Assembly (NCBI GenBank): GCA_900541045.1
Contig: UQID01000011.1
Location: 2,053-66,052, forward strand
DNA length: 64,000 bases
Origin: an uncultured Collinsella sp.
Lineage (GTDB): Bacteria > Actinomycetota > Coriobacteriia > Coriobacteriales > Coriobacteriaceae
Direction of reading: 5' to 3'
Under the pieces are notes generated by a model. That model saw only the letters and a program-made list of their open reading frames with translations. It made no database searches and had not been told where the DNA came from. Each line of letters begins with the position of its first letter. Position 1 is the stretch's first letter. This document shows, in pieces, positions 38,129 to 48,210 of this stretch. The position numbers were made by a program, and so were the translations under genes.

Positions 38129-38683
38129 AAAAGCGAGCCTTTCGTTTCGAGATTGTTTCAGACGTTATAACCATCAATTCGTAGTCGGGCGTATTTTCGC
38201 AGGAACGGAGCGTATTTGCACCACGCTTCACAAAGTAATGAAAAAACTTTTCAGAAATTTGAATTTGTCGCTTGTGCTGCGGGCACTTTGGCGTAATATA
38301 GCGACCATCGAAAACGGAGACGGAAAAACAACCGCTTACCGAGGAAAAGGTACCGTTTGCGATATTTGAATTGCGCCCGGCGATAGGTGAAAGGAGAGGC
38401 AGATGCAGTTCGTAAAGATCATCACCACTGCAGACAATGCCATCCGACGCCAGCGCGCAATTTCCCGACGACGATAACAATCGTCTCTGTCCGCATGGGG
38501 CGCAATGCCTCAACAGAGTCATTTTGAGGTCGTTGGGTTTTAAGCACGACATAGCCGCATGTTTCTAGGGCATGCCTGTGATGCATTCTGCTGAATAACC
38601 TGATATTGTACGGTTTTTGACCTCAAGGTGACTTGCAACTGACCGATGTTCTAACTAGCTACCAAGGGCGAAAGGAAACAGCC

Positions 38684-39910
38684 ATGAGCAAGGAAAAAGT
38701 CGTTCTCGCATATTCCGGTGGTCTTGATACATCCGTATGTGTCAAGTGGCTCCAGGACGAGAAGAATCTCGATGTCGTTTGTGTCTGCGGCAACGTGGGC
38801 CAGGAAGAGACCGGACTGGATGCCAAGAAGCAGAAGGCACTCGACCTGGGCGTTCTCGATTGCCAGGTGCTCGACCTGCGCGACGAGTTCTCTGATGAGT
38901 TCCTGACTAAGGCCATCGCCGCAAACTCCATGTACGAGAACAAGTATCCGCTGCTCTCCGCCCTGTCTCGCCCGCTGCTTGCCAAGAAGCTTGTCGAGGT
39001 CGCCCACGAGTTTGGCGCGACCTACGTCGCCCACGGCTGCACCGGCAAGGGTAACGATCAGGTCCGTTTTGAGGCCGCCGTCAAGGCCCTCGACCCCGAG
39101 CTCAAGGTTATCGCCCCGGTTCGCGAGTGGGACCTGAAGTGCCGTCCCGACGAGGTCGCCTATGCCCACGCCCACAACGTGCCGGTTCCCGAGGGTGCCA
39201 ACGACAACCCCTACTCCATCGACGACAACCTGTGGGGTCGTGCCATTGAGTGCGGTCACCTGGAGGATCCCTGGAACGAGCCGCTCGACGACGCTTGGGT
39301 TATGACCAAGAACCCCGAGGACACGCCGGACACCCCGACCTACACCGAGATTGAGTTTGAGGCCGGCAAGCCCGTCGCCGTCGACGGCAAGAAGATGAAG
39401 CTCTCCGAGATCGTCATCGCCCTCAACAAGATCTCCGGCGACAATGGCTTTGGCCGCCTCGATCTGGTCGAGGATCGCCTGGTGGGCCTTAAGAGCCGCG
39501 AGTGCTACGAGGTTCCCGGCGCCCTGACGCTCATCACCGCCCACAAGGCGCTCGAGGACATCTGCGTCGAGGGCGACCTGCTCAAGACCAAGATTAAGCT
39601 CGAGCAGGATTGGGCCACCGCCGTGTACAACGGCCAGTGGTACAGCCCGCTCAAAAACGCGCTCGATGCCTTTATGGCCGATACCCAGAAGTTCGTGACC
39701 GGCACTGTCCGCCTGAAGTTCTTTAAGAGCAACTGCCATGTCGTCGGCCGCAAGAGCCCCTTCAGCCTCTACGACTACGGTCTGGCTACCTACGACCGCG
39801 ACACCACGTTTGACGAGAAGGCCAGCGCCGGCTTTATCGAGATCGATACGCTGTCGCTCAAGACGTGGGCAAAGGTCCAGGGCCCCAGCTCTGCTGCCGC
39901 CCAGGCCTAG
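38684..39910 (+). CDS. argG: Argininosuccinate synthase
   Basis: VVLAYSGGLDTS, HGCTGKGNDQVRFE, YSIDDNLWG, GLKSRECYE; AAGGA RBS before ATG 38684. Confidence 0.98.
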   Translation: MSKEKVVLAYSGGLDTSVCVKWLQDEKNLDVVCVCGNVGQEETGLDAKKQKALDLGVLDCQVLDLRDEFSDEFLTKAIAANSMYENKYPLLSALSRPLLAKKLVEVAHEFGATYVAHGCTGKGNDQVRFEAAVKALDPELKVIAPVREWDLKCRPDEVAYAHAHNVPVPEGANDNPYSIDDNLWGRAIECGHLEDPWNEPLDDAWVMTKNPEDTPDTPTYTEIEFEAGKPVAVDGKKMKLSEIVIALNKISGDNGFGRLDLVEDRLVGLKSRECYEVPGALTLITAHKALEDICVEGDLLKTKIKLEQDWATAVYNGQWYSPLKNALDAFMADTQKFVTGTVRLKFFKSNCHVVGRKSPFSLYDYGLATYDRDTTFDEKASAGFIEIDTLSLKTWAKVQGPSSAAAQA

Positions 39911-40432
39911 CGCCTCCTTCCCTTGGTATCCGCGCGGCCCATCCGCGTGATACATAACGGGCGCACGGGGTCCCTACCTTTCGTTATGCTTGCTGACACT
40001 TCTTAACATCGGTGGCCCCTACGTTCCGCCCGCATATATGATGCCGCGTCTGCGGCTGAGTCCGAGCCCCGCCGGGGTTGTCCGGCGGGGCTCCTTCTAT
40101 CAATTTGGCGGCTCTGCGCCTATATATATGAGGAGTATCCATTATGTTCAATGCTTTCGCGCATGCTTTACTTGCCCTCGCGCCCGAGTTCGATGCTGCA
40201 AAGGTCGAGGACGTTCCTATGAGCCTAAAGGCCTGGATCGATGGTTCGCAGGGCAACATCCGGAGGGAGACGTTGGGCGCCAAGTGCATGGCGCGTCACT
40301 TCTTTGCAAATTAGCTACATGGCTCCGCTCACGGTGGGGAATGTGTAAAACTAGCGGTTGAAAAATCGCTTTAGCGATATGGCGCATTGCTTTGGGCGCT
40401 TGTTTTGGTATTTGGAGAAAGGGGACGGTTCC

Positions 40433-41863
40433 ATGGCTCTTTGGGGCGGTCGTTTTGAGGCAGGCGTGGCCGAGGTCACGCAGGAGTTTGGCGCGTCGCT
40501 GCCGGTCGACAAACATCTCTATAAGCAGGATATCGCCGGCTCTAAGGCGCATGCCAAAATGCTGGCGGCCCAGGGCATCATCAGTGCCGAGGACGAGCAG
40601 GCGATTGCCAAGGGCCTGACCGGAATCGAACAGGATATCGATGCCGGCAACTTTACCTTCGATATCAACGATGAGGACATTCATATGTCCATCGAGAGCG
40701 AGTTGACGCGCCGCATCGGCGAGGCCGGTAAGCGCTTGCATACCGGCCGTTCGCGCAACGACCAGGTGGCGACCGATACGCGCCTGGGCGTCAAGGCGCT
40801 GGCCAAGGAGCTCATGGAGGCCAATCTTGAGCTGCGCCATGTGCTGGTGGATGCGGCTAAGAAGTACGACAAGGTGATTCTGCCGGGCTACACGCATATG
40901 CAGCACGCTCAGCCCGTGCTGCTCTCGCATCATCTGCTGGCGTATTCCTGGATGTTCGCGCGCGACTTTACGCGCCTGAAGGCCGCCTTTGATGCCGCCG
41001 ACAACTGCCCGCTGGGTGCTGCCGCGCTTGCCGGTACGAGCTATCCGCTCGATCGCCAGATGACGGCTGCCGAACTTGGCTTTGCGGGCGTGATTCCCAA
41101 CTCGCTCGATGCGGTTTCCGACCGTGATTTCCTGCTCGATCTGCATTACGCCGGATCCGTCATGGCGATGCACCTGTCGCGTCTTTCCGAGGAGATCGTG
41201 CTGTGGTCGAGCTCCGAATTTGGCTTTATCACGCTTTCAGACTCCTACTCCACCGGCTCGTCTATCATGCCGCAGAAGAAGAACCCCGACTTTGCCGAGC
41301 TTATCCGCGGCAAGAGCGGTCGCGTGTACGGCAACCTGGTGCAGCTGCTGGTAACCATGAAGGGCTTGCCGCTTGCTTATAACAAGGACTTGCAGGAGGA
41401 CAAGGAGAGCGCGCTCGATACCGCCCATACGCTCATGCAGTGTCTGTCGGTTATGGCCGGTATGATTTCGACTTGGACCGTCAACGAGGATGCCATGGCG
41501 CGCGAGTGCGGCGTGGGGCACCTTGCCGCCACCGATGTTGCCGATTACCTGGCTAAGCGTGGTCTGCCGTTCCGCGAGGCACATGCCGTGGTGGGCCATC
41601 TGGTCCTTATGTGTGAGAAGCGTGGCTGCAATCTTGAGGACCTGCCGTTTGAGGTGTTCCAGGAGGCAAGCCCGCTCTTTGAACGCGATATTACCGAGGC
41701 GCTCGACATCCCCTCAATTGTCGCCGCGCGTACGACCGAGGGCGGTACCGCCCCTGCCGCCGTTGCCGTGCAGCTGCAGCGCGCCGAGGCACAGCTCGTG
41801 GCCGACGAGGGCGTGATTGGATCGCTGACCAAGGTCGTCGAGATGGGCCACGGGATAAAGTAG
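40433..41863 (+). CDS. argH: Argininosuccinate lyase
   Basis: LWGGRF, LHTGRSRNDQ, PGYTHMQHAQP, GSSIMPQKKNPD, YNKDLQEDKE. Confidence 0.98.
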   Translation: MALWGGRFEAGVAEVTQEFGASLPVDKHLYKQDIAGSKAHAKMLAAQGIISAEDEQAIAKGLTGIEQDIDAGNFTFDINDEDIHMSIESELTRRIGEAGKRLHTGRSRNDQVATDTRLGVKALAKELMEANLELRHVLVDAAKKYDKVILPGYTHMQHAQPVLLSHHLLAYSWMFARDFTRLKAAFDAADNCPLGAAALAGTSYPLDRQMTAAELGFAGVIPNSLDAVSDRDFLLDLHYAGSVMAMHLSRLSEEIVLWSSSEFGFITLSDSYSTGSSIMPQKKNPDFAELIRGKSGRVYGNLVQLLVTMKGLPLAYNKDLQEDKESALDTAHTLMQCLSVMAGMISTWTVNEDAMARECGVGHLAATDVADYLAKRGLPFREAHAVVGHLVLMCEKRGCNLEDLPFEVFQEASPLFERDITEALDIPSIVAARTTEGGTAPAAVAVQLQRAEAQLVADEGVIGSLTKVVEMGHGIK

Positions 41864-41915
41864 GGATTTGACTGAAGCGGCTTTGGCCATTTATCGATAA
41901 ATCGTTTTTGCTTTT

Positions 41916-41949
41916 ACGGGTGTCTGCTGATGCGGACGCCCGTGTTTTG
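41916..41949 (+). terminator. Terminator after argH
   Basis: ACGGGTGTCTGC-TGAT-GCGGACGCCCGT stem followed by GTTTT. Confidence 0.65.
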
Positions 41950-42249
41950 TTGCTATGGGGGAGGGGCTTGTCGAGAACTTCTGTAGGACCTTTGGGCAGG
42001 TTGTGAAGGGGTTACGTTCGCGGGCGGCAACCGACCGCCTGCTCTGTTCGATGCGGTTGATGGGCGGTCGGATGGTACTCTAATCGGGCTTCGAAACAGA
42101 AGTGACACATATGGAGCGCTTTAATAAATTGCAACGTTTCAATAAACAGCTTTTTGTTTAACTGCAGCTAAAACTCTGTTACGATGCAGTCCAGGCGGGT
42201 GCCGGAATGGGACTTGGGCACGCGCGAACCTACTTGAAAGGCTACTTTT

Positions 42250-42654
42250 ATGGCTATCGAGAAGACCTTCATCATGATTAAGCCCGACGCCGTGCGCGAC
42301 CGCAAGATCGGCGAGATCGTTGCTCGCATTGAGCGCAGCGGCCTTGTCATCGAGCGCATGGAGATGACCACGCTCGAGCGCGCTACCGTCGAGGAACACT
42401 ACGCCCATCTGGCCGACAAGCCCTTCTTTGGCGGTCTCTGCGACTTTATGACGAGCGGTCCGGTCGTCAAGATGGTCGTTTCCGGTCTCTCCGCTGTTGC
42501 TAAGATGCGCACCCTCATGGGCGCTACCAACCCGCTTGAGGCTGCTCCTGGTACCATCCGCGGCGACTTTGCCGTCGATGTCAACGCCAACGTGATCCAC
42601 GGCTCCGACTGCCTGGAGAACGCCGAGATTGAGATCAAGCGCTTCTTTGGCTAA
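42250..42654 (+). CDS. ndk: Nucleoside diphosphate kinase
   Basis: TFIMIKPDAV, MTSGPVV, GATNP..AAPGTIRGDF, NVIHGSD. Confidence 0.98.
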   Translation: MAIEKTFIMIKPDAVRDRKIGEIVARIERSGLVIERMEMTTLERATVEEHYAHLADKPFFGGLCDFMTSGPVVKMVVSGLSAVAKMRTLMGATNPLEAAPGTIRGDFAVDVNANVIHGSDCLENAEIEIKRFFG

Positions 42655-42692
42655 ACCAGCTTTGACTCCTTAAAGCTGTTAGCGTGTGGCTT

Positions 42693-42782
42693 GGGCGCCG
42701 CGGAACTCCATCCGCGGCGCCCTTTTATTCCAAAATCTATGCAGGGGCCCGCTCGGACATGTGTTCCGAGCGGGCCCCTGCT
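42693..42782. terminator. Two tandem hairpins between convergent ndk and rpiB
   Basis: GGGCGCCGCGGA/TCCGCGGCGCCC plus TTTT, then GCAGGGGCCCGCTCGGA/TCCGAGCGGGCCCCTGC. Confidence 0.7.
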
Positions 42783-42805
42783 GTTAGCTTGTGGCGCTGA
42801 ATAGT

Positions 42806-43273
42806 TTAGGCTTCGTCGACGATCTTAAGGCCGCGCGTGTGATCGATCTCGTTGAGGAGGTTAACGCGACGCTCGTGACGACCACCCTCAAACTCGGCGT
42901 CGAGCCACTCGTCGACAATCATCTTGGCGAGTTCGGAGCCCACGACGCGGGCGCCAAAGGCGAGCACGTTGGTATTGTTGTGCATGCGGGAGAGCTTGGC
43001 GCTGAAGGGCTCGGAGCACACAACGGCGCGTACGCCCTCGACCTTGTTGGCAGCCAGGCTAATCCCGACACCGGTGCCACAGATGAGGATGCCCAGGTCG
43101 ACGTCGCCGTTGGCAACGGCCTTACCCACCTTGTAGCCGGCGATGGGGTAGTCAAAGCTCTCGGAGGTGTCGGTGCCAAAGTTCACGACCTCGCAGCCGC
43201 GCTCCTTCAGGTGCTCGGAAATGATGTTCTTGAGCTCGACGGCGGCGTGGTCGTTACCGATACCGATCTTCAT
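42806..43273 (-). CDS. rpiB: Ribose-5-phosphate isomerase B
   Basis: GNDHAA, FDYP, CGTGVGISLAANKV, HNNTNVL, FEGGRHERR. Confidence 0.95.
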   Translation of the reverse strand: MKIGIGNDHAAVELKNIISEHLKERGCEVVNFGTDTSESFDYPIAGYKVGKAVANGDVDLGILICGTGVGISLAANKVEGVRAVVCSEPFSAKLSRMHNNTNVLAFGARVVGSELAKMIVDEWLDAEFEGGRHERRVNLLNEIDHTRGLKIVDEA

Positions 43274-43538
43274 GAGTGGTTCCTCTCTGGTCTGTGCGGC
43301 TCAAATGCTAAAGGTGTTTACCGCGTTCGACTGCATGATAGCGCGACTTTTGCGTAAACGCTCGGGCGTTTTTTGGTCAAACGCTTTAGCATGCAACAAG
43401 ACCGGCTTCTCGTGAATGAATGCTGTCAGTTTGTGCTTGAGCGCCGTCCGCCGGAACCATGGTTGCGGTTTTTGATGCATTGTTATCAAATAAAGGAGCT
43501 AACTTTTTTGAGAGCCCAGCCCGTTATGCAAGCAGGAG

Positions 43539-44864
43539 ATGCCTATGCCCACCGATTCCATCCGTGATGCCGCGTTTTGCGATGTTTTAAACCGCGAACT
43601 TGTCTGTGCACTCGGCTGCACCGAGCCCATTGCCGTTGCCTATGCAGCGGCGCTGGCGATCCAGACGCTCGGTTGCGAACCCGATCATATGGATGTTGCC
43701 TGCTCGGGCAACATCATCAAGAACGTCAAGAGCGTGACCGTGCCCAACTCGGGTGGTATGCACGGTATTGAGGCCGCGGCCGTGCTGGGTGCCGTGGGCG
43801 GCGACGCTAAGAGCGCACTCGAGGTGCTCGAGAGCGTTAACGATGAAGACCGCGCTCGCGTGGCCGAGCTCCTCGCCGACGCCGGCTACTGCGATGTGTC
43901 GCTTGTCGAGGGTGTGCCCAACCTCTACATCAAGGTGACTGCGACGGCCGGGGGCCATACCGCGGTCGTCGAGATTACCGATCACCACACTAATGTCACG
44001 TGCCATACGCTCGATGGTATTCCGGTATGCGGTAAGTCAGCGGGGGAGTGTGCCGCCTGCGCCGAGCGCGTGGTGGCCGAGCGTGCGGCAGATAACGCCG
44101 ATACCCCTATGAGCATTGAGTCCATCATCGACTTTATCGAGGACGGTGACATTGAGGACGCCCGCGCTGCCGTTGAGCGTCAGATTGAGCTGAATGGCGC
44201 GATCAGTGCCGAGGGCCTTGCGCACGCTTGGGGCGCCGAGGTGGGTCGTACACTGTTGGGCGCTCGTGCTGATGACGTCGCCTGCCGTGCCCGTGCCCGT
44301 GCGGCCGCCGGGTCCGACGCCCGCATGAACGGTTGCGCGCTGCCGGTCGCCATTGTGTGCGGCTCGGGCAATCAGGGCATTACCTGCGCATTGCCCGTCA
44401 TGGAGTATGCCGAGTACCTGCGCTGCGACCACGAGCGCCTGGTGCGCGCCGTGATGCTGTCCGATCTTATTGCCGTACATATCAAGAGCTATATTGGTGC
44501 GCTCTCGGCGTTTTGCGGTGCTATTTGTGCCGCGTGCGGTGCCGGCGCCGCGATTACCTGGCTGTGCGGTGGCACGCGCGAGCAGATTGGCGCGACGGTC
44601 TCGAATACGCTCGGCAACGTTGGCGGCATCGTGTGCGACGGCGCCAAGGCGAGCTGTGCCGCCAAGATCTCGGCTGCCGTTGATGCGGCGATTCTGGGCC
44701 ATGATATGGCCATGCAGGGTCGCGGCTTCCGCGCCGGTGAGGGCCTGATCCAAGATACCGTTGAGCAGACAATCGCTAGCATGGGCTACGTAGGCCGCGT
44801 GGGTATGAAGGACACCGACGTCGAGATCCTCAACATCATGATCGGCAAAACCCAGGTGTGCTAG
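43539..44864 (+). CDS. L-cysteine desulfidase / serine dehydratase alpha-like protein (CyuA/YhaM family)
   Basis: ALGCTEPIAVA, NIIKNVKSV.VP, AAGSDARM.G, GSGNQG, LSAFCG, CDGAKASCAAK. Confidence 0.88.
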   Translation: MPMPTDSIRDAAFCDVLNRELVCALGCTEPIAVAYAAALAIQTLGCEPDHMDVACSGNIIKNVKSVTVPNSGGMHGIEAAAVLGAVGGDAKSALEVLESVNDEDRARVAELLADAGYCDVSLVEGVPNLYIKVTATAGGHTAVVEITDHHTNVTCHTLDGIPVCGKSAGECAACAERVVAERAADNADTPMSIESIIDFIEDGDIEDARAAVERQIELNGAISAEGLAHAWGAEVGRTLLGARADDVACRARARAAAGSDARMNGCALPVAIVCGSGNQGITCALPVMEYAEYLRCDHERLVRAVMLSDLIAVHIKSYIGALSAFCGAICAACGAGAAITWLCGGTREQIGATVSNTLGNVGGIVCDGAKASCAAKISAAVDAAILGHDMAMQGRGFRAGEGLIQDTVEQTIASMGYVGRVGMKDTDVEILNIMIGKTQVC

Positions 44865-44891
44865 TTACGCGGTTTTACCAAACCGCGTAAC
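44864..44891. terminator. Hairpin at the 3' end of the desulfidase gene
   Basis: GTTACGCGGTTT-TACC-AAACCGCGTAAC perfect inverted repeat. Confidence 0.6.
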
Positions 44892-44896
44892 CAGTC

Positions 44897-45007
44897 GACG
44901 CTGCAAACGCCCCTAAGCGGCAATCTGCCTTTCAATCGTCGGGCATGGCCAGAAGGCCTATGCCCTCCTCTTTCAAGGCACATTGCTCGCTTAGGGGCAT
45001 TTTCGCT
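44897..45007. repeat. Structured intergenic repeat, copy 1
   Basis: Homologous to 47988-48100 (GACGCTGC, GCAATCTGCCTTT, TCGGGCATG, ATGCCCTC, TCTTTCAAGGCAC, TTGCTCGC) with nested stems. Confidence 0.85.
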
Positions 45008-45053
45008 GACTTGTGCTCAACCTGCGGCGATATTTGGTTTGGAGCGAGGGGTC

Positions 45054-45812
45054 CTACGACAGTTCGTCGGCTACTTGGTGTTCGTAGAAGGCTTCTACTA
45101 CGGCGTTAAAGTCGCGGGCGAAGCCTTCCATGGTTCCGCGCCAGGTGACTCGGTTGGGCTTGCCCTGGCCTACATAGGCAGTCTGAATGCCGCAGGCGGG
45201 GTTAGGGAAGTCGCGTTTGGGATCGTTGCCCACCATAAGGACCTCGTGCGGTTCGAGCCCCATCACCTGAAGCTGCTCTAGATAGTAGGTGGCATCAGGC
45301 TTGCAGCGGGTGGCGTTTCCCATGTGCGTGACGAGCTCAAAGGGGGCGTCGGCCAGGTCGCCCCAACCCATGCGGCACTCGATGGCCCCCTGCGGAAAGC
45401 TGGGGTTGGTAAAGAGCGCGCAGCGCAGCCCTGCGTCCTGTACGGCCTGAAGCGCGGCGTGTGCGCCCGGCATGGCATGGGCGTTGATGAGTTCGTCATT
45501 CTTGTACGGAAGAACTTCGCGGTCGTAGTAGGTAAACGCCTCGTAGATAAGTGGGTCCGAGAGGCAAATGCCGCATCGGCGCTCGACCTCTTCTTGGTAA
45601 AACTCAAGATTGGTGCGATTGTCCGTGCTGCTGCGGCGATTGGCGTTGAGGTCGACCAGGATGGTGCCGAGGCGTGCCATCGTGCCACCGCGGCTGCGGC
45701 GCCCGATATCCGCGAGCATCGAAGAGACATCCTTAAAATAGCGAAGGATGAACGCGTTGAGGTTGATGCTAAGAAGCGTTTCGTCCATATCGAAAACGAC
45801 TGCTTTGAGCAC
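45054..45812 (-). CDS. HAD-superfamily hydrolase
   Basis: VVFDMDETLL, TNP, CKPD, LMVGND. GTG start at 45812 after GAAAGG. Confidence 0.88.
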   Translation of the reverse strand: MLKAVVFDMDETLLSINLNAFILRYFKDVSSMLADIGRRSRGGTMARLGTILVDLNANRRSSTDNRTNLEFYQEEVERRCGICLSDPLIYEAFTYYDREVLPYKNDELINAHAMPGAHAALQAVQDAGLRCALFTNPSFPQGAIECRMGWGDLADAPFELVTHMGNATRCKPDATYYLEQLQVMGLEPHEVLMVGNDPKRDFPNPACGIQTAYVGQGKPNRVTWRGTMEGFARDFNAVVEAFYEHQVADELS

Positions 45813-46127
45813 GCGGGCACCTTTCTCGAAAAATCGATCTAGAATCGTTGGCTCCGGATACTTTACCCCAAAGCCGAATGCCTGGCTGGTTATCGTCAAG
45901 TTGCGGAGACGTGTGTTCATAAGATTACGAAAAAGTCTCCACACGAGTAAAAAATCGCAGTTCACGCTTGAAATCGAACTCATTTCCCCGTAACCTATAC
46001 GAACGTGATTGCATAAGCGTCACATTAGTATCTGTCGGCTCCCGAGTGTTCCTAAACGTTGTGTGCTTGTCGCACCCTTCTGTAGGTCCTAGCAATCGGG
46101 GCCCCGTAGTTCGAAAGGGGTCCACCT

Positions 46128-47294
46128 TTGAGTGAGATTCAGAACTCGTCCATTTTCTCTCTTGACGATGTCAACGAGGAGGAGATGAACAACCTCATCG
46201 ACGGTACGATTACCGACTTTGATGAGGGCGATCTCGTTAACGGCACTGTCGTTAAGATCGAGCATGACGAGGTGCTCGTTGACATCGGATTCAAGTCCGA
46301 GGGCGTTATCCCGGTCCGCGAGCTGTCCATCCGCAAGGACGCTAACCCTGCAGACATCGTTGCACTCGGTGATCCCATCGAGGCTCTGGTTCTCCAGAAG
46401 GAGGACAAGGACGGTCGTCTGGTCCTGTCCAAGAAGCGCGCCGAGTACGAGCGTGCTTGGAACCGCATCGAGGAGAAGTTCAACTCCGGCGAGAACGTCG
46501 AGGGCGAGGTTATCGAGGTTGTCAAGGGCGGCCTGATCCTCGACATCGGCCTGCGTGGCTTCCTGCCCGCTTCCCTCGTCGACCTCCGTCGTGTCAAGGA
46601 CCTCACCTCCTACATGGGCACCCGCATCGAGGCTCGCGTCATCGAGATGGACCGCAACCGCAACAACGTCGTCCTCTCCCGTCGCGTCGTGCTCGAGGAG
46701 TCCCGTAAGGCCGAGCGCTCCGAGATCCTGTCCAAGCTCAAGTCTGGCATGCGTCTCCAGGGCACCGTTTCCTCCATCGTCGACTTCGGCGCCTTCGTCG
46801 ACCTCGGCGGTATCGACGGCCTCATCCACATCTCCGAGCTCTCCTGGAACCACGTCAACCATCCTTCCGAGGTTGTCAAGGTCGGCCAGGAGGTCGAGGT
46901 CGAGGTTCTCGACGTCGATCTCAACCGCGAGCGCATCTCCCTGGGTCTCAAGCAGACCACCGAGGATCCGTGGCGCGCACTGGTCAAGAAGTACCCCGTC
47001 GGCGCTATCGTCGAGGGCACTGTGACCAAGCTTGTCCCGTTCGGCGCTTTCGTCGACCTGGGCGAGGGCATCGAGGGCCTGGTTCACATCTCCGAGATGG
47101 CCAACAAGCACGTTGATCAGCCTTCTCAGGTCACCCACGTGGGCGACAAGGTTCAGGTCAAGGTCATGGAGATCGACCTCGACCGTCGTCGTATCTCCCT
47201 GTCCATGAAGTCCGCTGCTGAGACTCTGGGCGTCGAGATCGAGGTTACCCCGCTTCCTTCCGAGAAGAAGGACGAGGAGACCGACGCCGAGTAA
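46128..47294 (+). CDS. rpsA: 30S ribosomal protein S1 (four S1 domains, TTG start)
   Basis: VDIGFKSEG, LRGFLPASLVD, FGAFVDLGGIDGLIHISELSW, FGAFVDLGEGIEGLVHISE; highly expressed codon use. Confidence 0.97.
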   Translation: MSEIQNSSIFSLDDVNEEEMNNLIDGTITDFDEGDLVNGTVVKIEHDEVLVDIGFKSEGVIPVRELSIRKDANPADIVALGDPIEALVLQKEDKDGRLVLSKKRAEYERAWNRIEEKFNSGENVEGEVIEVVKGGLILDIGLRGFLPASLVDLRRVKDLTSYMGTRIEARVIEMDRNRNNVVLSRRVVLEESRKAERSEILSKLKSGMRLQGTVSSIVDFGAFVDLGGIDGLIHISELSWNHVNHPSEVVKVGQEVEVEVLDVDLNRERISLGLKQTTEDPWRALVKKYPVGAIVEGTVTKLVPFGAFVDLGEGIEGLVHISEMANKHVDQPSQVTHVGDKVQVKVMEIDLDRRRISLSMKSAAETLGVEIEVTPLPSEKKDEETDAE

Positions 47295-47318
47295 ATCGGT
47301 TTGACGATCACTTGTTTT

Positions 47319-47352
47319 AAGGGATCCGTCCGTAATGGACGGGTCCCTTTTT
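47319..47352 (+). terminator. Terminator after rpsA
   Basis: AAGGGATCCGTCC/GGACGGGTCCCTT stem followed by a T-run. Confidence 0.8.
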
Positions 47353-47616
47353 GCATTTGCTGCTGAGGTGCATGATGCTGCCCATGCTGTCCACAGGCTA
47401 TTTGGTTGTCGGTGCATGAAAAAATGCCGACATCTCGCCTCGGGGAGGAGGCGGGAACGCACCGAGTAGACGGAAGGGTGCGGAGCGCGGTCGCGTCTCG
47501 ACTGACGACGTTGCCCATCGACAGGACCATTGTAGCGCATGGCGGTTCTTGGTTTATCGTGTCGAGCGTTTGCGTTGTGCCATTGCCTGCGGCAACGGTG
47601 TGTTAAACTCTTGCAC

Positions 47617-47980
47617 TGCTGAGTGGGCCAGACGGTCGCGCGATGTGCTGCTTGCAGCATGCGTGAGGAAAGTCCGGGCTCCAGAGGGCGGGATGCCGGC
47701 TAACGGCCGGGCGGAGTGATCCGACGGAAAGCGCCGCAGAAAAGAAGACTCCCACCTGCGCCGCAAGGCGTAAAGGGAAAAGCTGAAACGGTGGTGTAAG
47801 AGACCACCAGCGTCGTGGCAACACGACGGCTTGGCAAGCCCCATCCGGAGCAAGCGCGAATAGGAACGCTATGGGCCGGCCCGGTCCGCGTTCGGGTAGC
47901 GTGCGTGGAGCTGCATGGTAACGTGCAGACAAGATAAATGACCGTTCACGACAGAACCCGGCTTATAGGCCCACTCAGCA
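47617..47980 (+). ncRNA. rnpB: RNase P RNA (type A)
   Basis: P1 TGCTGAGTGGGCC/GGCCCACTCAGCA; GAGGAAAGTCCGGGCTCC; GAAACGGTGGTGTAAGAGACCACC; ACAGAACCCGGCTTA; extended -10 TGTTAAACT at 47601-47609. Confidence 0.97.
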
Positions 47981-47987
47981 CTTTGTT

Positions 47988-48100
47988 GACGCTGCGAACC
48001 CGTCAGCGCGAGCAATCTGCCTTTTAAGCCTTCGGGCATGACCATAAGGTCAATGCCCTCGTCTTTCAAGGCACCTTGCTCGCGCTGACGGGTTCTCGCT
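47988..48100. repeat. Structured intergenic repeat, copy 2 (immediately after rnpB)
   Basis: AACCCGTCAGCGCGAGCAA/TTGCTCGCGCTGACGGGTT outer stem; homologous to 44897-45007. Confidence 0.85.
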
Positions 48101-48210
48101 TTCGTTTACGGAATCATCGGTGTTGCCGTTCTATTTACCGGGATTAACGGTACGGTCTTTGCCGTATTATTGAGGCTGTTTGTTGCTGCGCTTTATTTTG
48201 TTGAGGGGCT

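Noticed and set aside
38560..38600. Possible ARG box upstream of argG
   Set aside because: TGCAT/TGAAT half-sites are present but not in a convincing palindromic arrangement.
40240..40285. TCCGGAGGGAG resembling the SRP RNA domain IV loop
   Set aside because: Lacks the flanking CAGG/GCAGC symmetric loop and the long stem.
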